Positions 58,901 to 64,000 of a stretch of 64,000 nucleotides of DNA are shown here, piece by piece (position 1 is the first letter of the stretch; each line of letters begins with the position of its first letter). Source of the stretch: Plasmodiophora brassicae (Eukaryota); the NCBI GenBank assembly GCA_036867785.1, contig CP145415.1, forward strand, positions 1 through 64,000, in the 5' to 3' direction. The notes under the pieces were generated by a model. The model was given only the letters and a program-made list of their open reading frames with translations. It was not told the origin of the DNA and searched no databases. Position numbers and translations under genes: made by a program.

Positions 58901-60665
58901 CCCGTGTTCAGGAAGCACAGGTGCGCCTTCTACTCGACCATCTCGAGACTGTTTTTCCTTCAGGAGGACCACCAGATTGAGCAGCACTGGGACGCGTTTA
59001 TCAGTTCGGTCGCCAGGGCGGGCGCGGCGATCCGCGCGGCGTCGCCGTCAGCGCCGGCGTCGCCCGGCGCCGTCATTGGGTGGCTCAGCGATCTGCGGGG
59101 CGTGTTCCGCGCCACAAACCGGCCGTTCACGTACCACCTGGCGCTGGACTGGCTGTTCGCATCGCACATGGCGACCCTGGCGCAGCTGTCCGTCCGGCAC
59201 GCGCACGACCTGAAGCTCATGTACCACATCGTGCGGTTCCTCGCCGAGCTCGTCGACAACTCGACGAAGCGGATGCAGTTCGACCGGTCGGACCCGATGC
59301 CGATCGCCCTGTTCCAGCAGTGCGCCAAGGTCATTGGCCATTTCATGTCGTCGCATGCGACGCCGCGCATCAGGTCCGACGTTGTCCCGGTCGTGGGCCA
59401 GGACGACGACGACCTGGCGGACGACGACGACGACGAGGACGACGAGGAGACGCGGGCGCCCGCCGGCGACGTTCACAAGTGGGCGCGGTACCGCTGCGCG
59501 CTGCACAGCATGGTCTGCCTGCGACGGATGCTGTCCGGCAACTGGGTCAACATCGGCATCCTCGGCCTGTACAACGACCCGTCGGTGCAGGCCGTCCACG
59601 CGACCATGACGGCGGCGCTCGCCATCCCCTATGCGGACCTGGTGCAGTACCCGAAGCTCGAGGACGTCGTGTTCCCGTTCCTGGAGGCGTTCTGCGCCCA
59701 GTTCCCCATCGCGGTGATGTCGTTCGACGACCAGCGGGTCGGTGTCGTCACGCAGCTGTTCCGCCATGCCATGGTACGTGACCTGTGCACGGCGCTCGTT
59801 ACGAATCCCTAAGGCGCACCCTTAGATGAAGTCGTCGAAAGCGCACCTGCCTGCCTGTGTGCTGAACGCGGTCGCCGCCGTGACGTCGGCGATGCTGTCG
59901 GCCCGGTTCGGCGGCGGCCACGGCCACGACGTCAAGGTCGTCGAGGCGCATGCATCGGCACGGGTCGACATGTACATGCACTTCCTCGGCCTGGCCGTCG
60001 ACTACGCCCTGCACAGCGTCCACTGCGACAAGTGGAACGTGTCCGTCCCGCTCTTCAACCTGATCGTCCTGTACCCGCGCGTCGCCGTCGCCGCCATCGA
60101 GGCGCAGCTGGCGTCGCACTTTGGCGGCGGCGACGTCCACCACGTACGGGATCTGCCTGCCCCGATACCGGGTGACGGTCGGCTGACGCGACGTGGCCCG
60201 CTACATAGGTTCAGCACCAGCTGTACGGCGTGCTGGCGGTCGTCTTCGCGTCCGCGGCGGCGGCGGCGGACAGCGTCGTGCTGTCCGATCGGTACTGTGC
60301 GATCCAGGTCGAGCTGCAGACGTCGCACCAGCAGGGGCTCGAGATCGTGCTGGCCGGCGAACCCTTCGGCGCCGACTTCAACCTGTCGTCGTCCGACTAC
60401 GACAGCAACAGCCCGTCGTCGTCCATGGACGACACGTACAGGGCCGACGTGGCCGAAGCGCCCACTGCCGAGCTGGTAAGCAGGGGTGCGGTCGGACGCG
60501 ACTAGTAGGTAGAATCATCTGACCCGCGTCTACCAGTGCTTCCAGCGCATCGACGAGTTTATCCGGCAATGCTCGAGGTCACGCGGCAGGGCGCTCGACG
60601 GCGCCCGGATCCGGTTCGTCGACCTGTTCTCCCAATTCTACCGCCGGTTCCGCCTCTCATTATGA
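55972..60665 (+). CDS. XPO7: Exportin-7 / RanBP16-17-like karyopherin, multi-exon
   Basis: LILTCLQYDF, VPSEW, CLSWLVTLKRSMF, RCAFYSTISRL, IGWLSDLRG, RFLAELVDNSTKRMQFD, LSGNWVNIGILGLYND and DLVQYPKL. The final exon ends RFVDLFSQFYRRFRLSL at 60665. Confidence 0.82.
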
Positions 60666-61284
60666 AGTCGGTCGTGGCCGGCATCTATAAATCGTACAGG
60701 GTTACCACCACCCCCATGGCGACGCGCATGGTTGTGTATTATGCATGTTTTCGTACAGATCACCGGAACAGGCATCATCGCCGGGTCGGGCTCAGACTCA
60801 GTGATCGGTTCAGGTCATGGCGACCCGCACTGCACAACCCGGGCGCGCGGGGCGCGCCCGAGCGAACACAGCCGCGGACGCTCGGATAAGATCAAGTAGT
60901 ATGAAAGTAGAATGTATGCCCCTGTCTGGCTGCGCGCCTGCACGGGGGAACGCAGGGCGAGAATTTGGAAGGCAATGTTGGCATCTCGCCGACCGTCGCG
61001 CAGCGCCGGCAACCGGGACGTTGCCCGCACGCCACGCGACCGAAAGCGAAATGAGGGCCGTGCCCAGCAGGTCCGCCGCGGACTCCGTGGCCCGCGCAGC
61101 GCGTGGACGTGCCAGTGCCACCAGCACTACCACCTACCCACGTTACCAACGTCGGGGGCTGCATGGCGCCGATTTTGTCCGCGGAGTCCGTCGCGCCGCT
61201 GCGGACGGGGCTTCGGCGTCGACGACCGTTGGGGGGACGCGGGGTCGGCCGGGGGAGCGCACACGCGCTGCGACGTCGTCGTCC

Positions 61285-62378
61285 ATGCACGCGCCGATGA
61301 TAGCGGCGTCGCCGGAGCCGCCCCGCCCGCACCGGTACTCGTTGAGGCCGCGCACGCCGCCGACGCACATCGGGCCGTTCCGGATCCCGGCGGGAGGCGG
61401 CCCGGTGCCGCCGGACCGGACGCCGTCGCGCCCCGTCCGAAAGGGCAAGCGCGTTGCGGGCCGCGTCGACGATGATGTCGTCGTCCCGGTGCGGTTCCCG
61501 CTAGACAGTGTACAGGCGCCGGCGACACCCGTCACCCGGGTCGTCCAGCTGCTCGCGTCCGGGTCGCGTCGACTCGCACCCGCCACACGGGCGGCGTTCA
61601 CCGCGATGCTGGCCCTGGAGCGGCACGTCCTCGCCGACGTCGACTGGCGCTGGCCCGCCGCCACCGATCGCCGTCGGAAACGCGTCACGTTCTCGTTGCT
61701 GAGCTGCGCGAACCCGCCCACGTACGGCCTGCTCGGGACGCAGGCCGCCTTCGAGGACCTCGTCCCGCTGCTCGTCGCCGCGCGATCCGCCGTACGCGCG
61801 ATGGACGACGGCGGCGACCTCGAATGGATCATGCGGTGCTGCGCGTCCCGCGCACTGCGCGACCCGCACGAACGCCACGCCCTGCGCCTGCTGGCCGACG
61901 CCGGCGCCGCGATCGACAACGCCCTGACCGCCGCCCTGTCGTCGCTGATCCGCTTCTACGTCAAGTCGGTGTTCAACGCGCGCGATTTCGACCGCGTCGA
62001 CCTGACCGTCCTGCACCATTGCGCCGCGCTGAACCTGTAAGTCGACCGCCTGCCACGTTGTCGTCGTCGTCGCTGACGGGTGTGTCTGGCGCGCGCAACA
62101 GCCCCGGTGACGTCGGCGCGTCAGTCCTGATGGAGTTACGCGACCCGGACGAGGGCGGCGGCGGCGGCGTGCTGGCGGCGCTTCGCGAGCGCTGCGGACA
62201 CAGGCGCGCGATCGTCGGCGGTGGCGACGGCGACGGCCTGTTCCGGGAGCGCTGGGCCAAGATCCGGCACTGGGCGCGGGTCGCCCAGCAGTGCGCGTCG
62301 CTGTCGTGGACGCGCCCGCTGATCGACTTCGAACGGTTCCTGTTCGACGCGGCGCCGCCCGACGGCCCCGTTCGATAA
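61285..62378 (+). CDS. Hypothetical protein (two exons; Pro/Arg-rich N-terminus)
   Basis: The open frame to 62036 is joined in frame through a gtaagt...aacag intron to the frame ending at 62378. Codon pattern is host-like. The start could lie further upstream. Confidence 0.55.
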
Positions 62379-62416
62379 AGCGCTGCTGTGGTCCATGCGC
62401 GCGTACGCCCCCGCTG

Positions 62417-62773
62417 CTAGTGTGTGAATTGATGGAACAGGTCAATGACGGCGCCGGGCGTCAGGCCGGCCTGGCGGCAGGTCAGGTAGGTCGGCACGGG
62501 GCGCCCCCGGTGCAGGATGCCGCAGGCGGTCGTGTCGACGCCGAATTCGTTCCAGACGACGGCGAGGATGTCGTCGCCCGTGTCCGTGTACGCGAGGTGG
62601 AAGATGGATTTGACGCGGTTGTCGACCAGGCGGACGTGCAGCCAGAGCGGCTCGACGATGGGCGGCGGCGCCGGCCGCGGTGTTGTCGTCACGCGACCTC
62701 CGACGCGCAGGCGCTTGACGCCGACGCAGATGTCGTCCGGCTGGGGTCGCGGACGTCGTACGGCCGCCATCAC
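62417..62773 (-). CDS. Small protein with a C-terminal ubiquitin/SUMO-like domain, no di-Gly end
   Basis: LWLHVRLVD..IFHLAYTDTGDDIL..ILHRGRPV..TCRQAGLTPGAVIDL follows the beta-grasp pattern. Confidence 0.55.
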   Translation of the reverse strand: MMAAVRRPRPQPDDICVGVKRLRVGGRVTTTPRPAPPPIVEPLWLHVRLVDNRVKSIFHLAYTDTGDDILAVVWNEFGVDTTACGILHRGRPVPTYLTCRQAGLTPGAVIDLFHQFTH

Positions 62774-62960
62774 AGCGACGTCGCCATCATCTTCGCCCTG
62801 GCCGCCCCCAACGTTTCGGTTATGACGGCCATCGCGCGTCGCCGCCCGGCGCAGTTCCCCGCTGGAAAGTCCGTCACACGGTCGGAGCCGCGCGCGCGAA
62901 ACACTCCCCGCGGACGCTGCCCCCTTCCAGAGGTTAAGCTGGACATTAAGTGGTCGCTGT

Positions 62961-63772
62961 TTACTTCTGCGGGACGGCGTCGACGCTGTAATTCGTCTGG
63001 ACGGGGGAGCTGGGGGCGGCGGCGCGCTGCTGCAGGATGGACTGGATGGCGTCGAACTGGATGCGATGCAGTTCGGCGACCAGGTTGAGCTGGCGCGTGG
63101 CCAGATGGTCGACCTTCCGGTGCAGCTCGTTGACGTCCAGCTCCGTGCGCAGCGTCGCCCTGTACGCGTTCTCGTTGCCCTGTCGGTCCCTGTCCTCCTG
63201 CAGATTCTGGCTCATCATGATAATCTGCAGCCCGGTGGGCTTGCTCCTCAGAACAAACGCCGACGTTTGTTCTGCCCAAGCGGCGTTGCACTTACCGGCG
63301 CTTGCACTGCTGCAAGGCACGACAGGCACAGGTTGAGGAAGACGAACGGGTATGGGTCCCATGCCGCTTGGCCAGAGGCCACTGACGCCTGCATGGTGTT
63401 GACACCCATCCAGGTGCAGATGAAGGCCGTGAACAGAATGATGAACATCCAGCTGCCACCGAATTTGGCCACGTAGTCGGCCATGCGTTCGCCGAACGTC
63501 GGCGCTCGTCGCTCCAGCTGCTCCTTCTGCATGCGCCACGACACGGAATCGTCGATGATGGATCGACCGGCGGGCGCACGCTGCGCCGCCATCAGGTCGA
63601 TAATGGACTGGAACTGCTTCAGGCGCAGCATGTCGACGTCCCGCAGGCAGATGAACCCGTTACGATCCCACGTCTTAATAACGTCGACGGCGGCGAACGC
63701 GACCGCAGACGCTGGCACGCAGCCATCCGCTGGGAACCGCAGCTGGCACACGCAGCAGAGCACCAGCCTCAT
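62961..63772 (-). CDS. DUF1003 family membrane protein (bacterial-type) with one intron
   Basis: TFGERMADYVAKFGGSWMFI, WDPYPFVFLNLCLSCLAAVQAP|IIMMSQN and ELDVNELHRKVDHL. N-terminal CCVC...FICLRD. Intron at 63225-63295. Confidence 0.9.
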
Positions 63773-64000
63773 AGTACTGATAGCAAATGAGCGCACCTCA
63801 CCATATGAGGGCCTCGTTGTCAACGTACAAACACGCCGTCCCATTGACTCACGTGCCAGGCATTGACTCCAACGCGGGTACGGCAGTCCATCTCGTTCGC
63901 TGCAAGTCCCGGCCGGTCGCTTACTCATGTGGTCTTGCAGCTACAGGTTGAACTAATCGTCGTTTGCAGCAGGCGATGAGAAGTATTTGGCCGGGGCTTG

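Overview
This is the left end of a eukaryotic chromosome, not a prokaryotic window. It opens with about 490 bp of (CCCTAAAA)n telomere (TTTTAGGG type). The sequence is GC-rich and gene-dense, with short (mostly 45-70 nt) GT-AG introns and a flagellar IFT gene. That combination fits a plasmodiophorid such as Plasmodiophora brassicae (inference, not tested). The telomere is joined directly onto the coding sequence of a large DUF3638-type gene, which looks like a healed chromosome break. Housekeeping genes include an ABCC transporter, a CBS-domain protein, a membrane-anchored subtilisin, transportin-1, cofilin, IFT52, cystinosin, QCR9, JMJD5, an LRR protein, AP-2 alpha, a GRK kinase, exportin-7 and a bacterial-type DUF1003 gene with an intron. 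Two accessory islands interrupt them. Island 1 (18.6-24.8 kb) is a mosaic of LINE and CACTA-like transposase fragments with captured, unspliced pieces of the neighbouring subtilisin gene. Island 2 (35-45 kb) holds four elements. First, a 6-kb element bounded by inverted repeats that encodes a Dada-like DDE transposase with an embedded DEDDy 3'-5' exonuclease, apparently fused to a hydrophobic leader and a ubiquitin-like header. Second, a perfect 80-bp hairpin with CACTA-like ends. Third, a secreted F-box/LRR gene built from a tandem array of one-LRR exons with conserved introns and hypervariable binding-face codons. Fourth, a hAT-like relic. All family calls come from motif recognition by eye and no searches were run. 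Exon structures are manual predictions.
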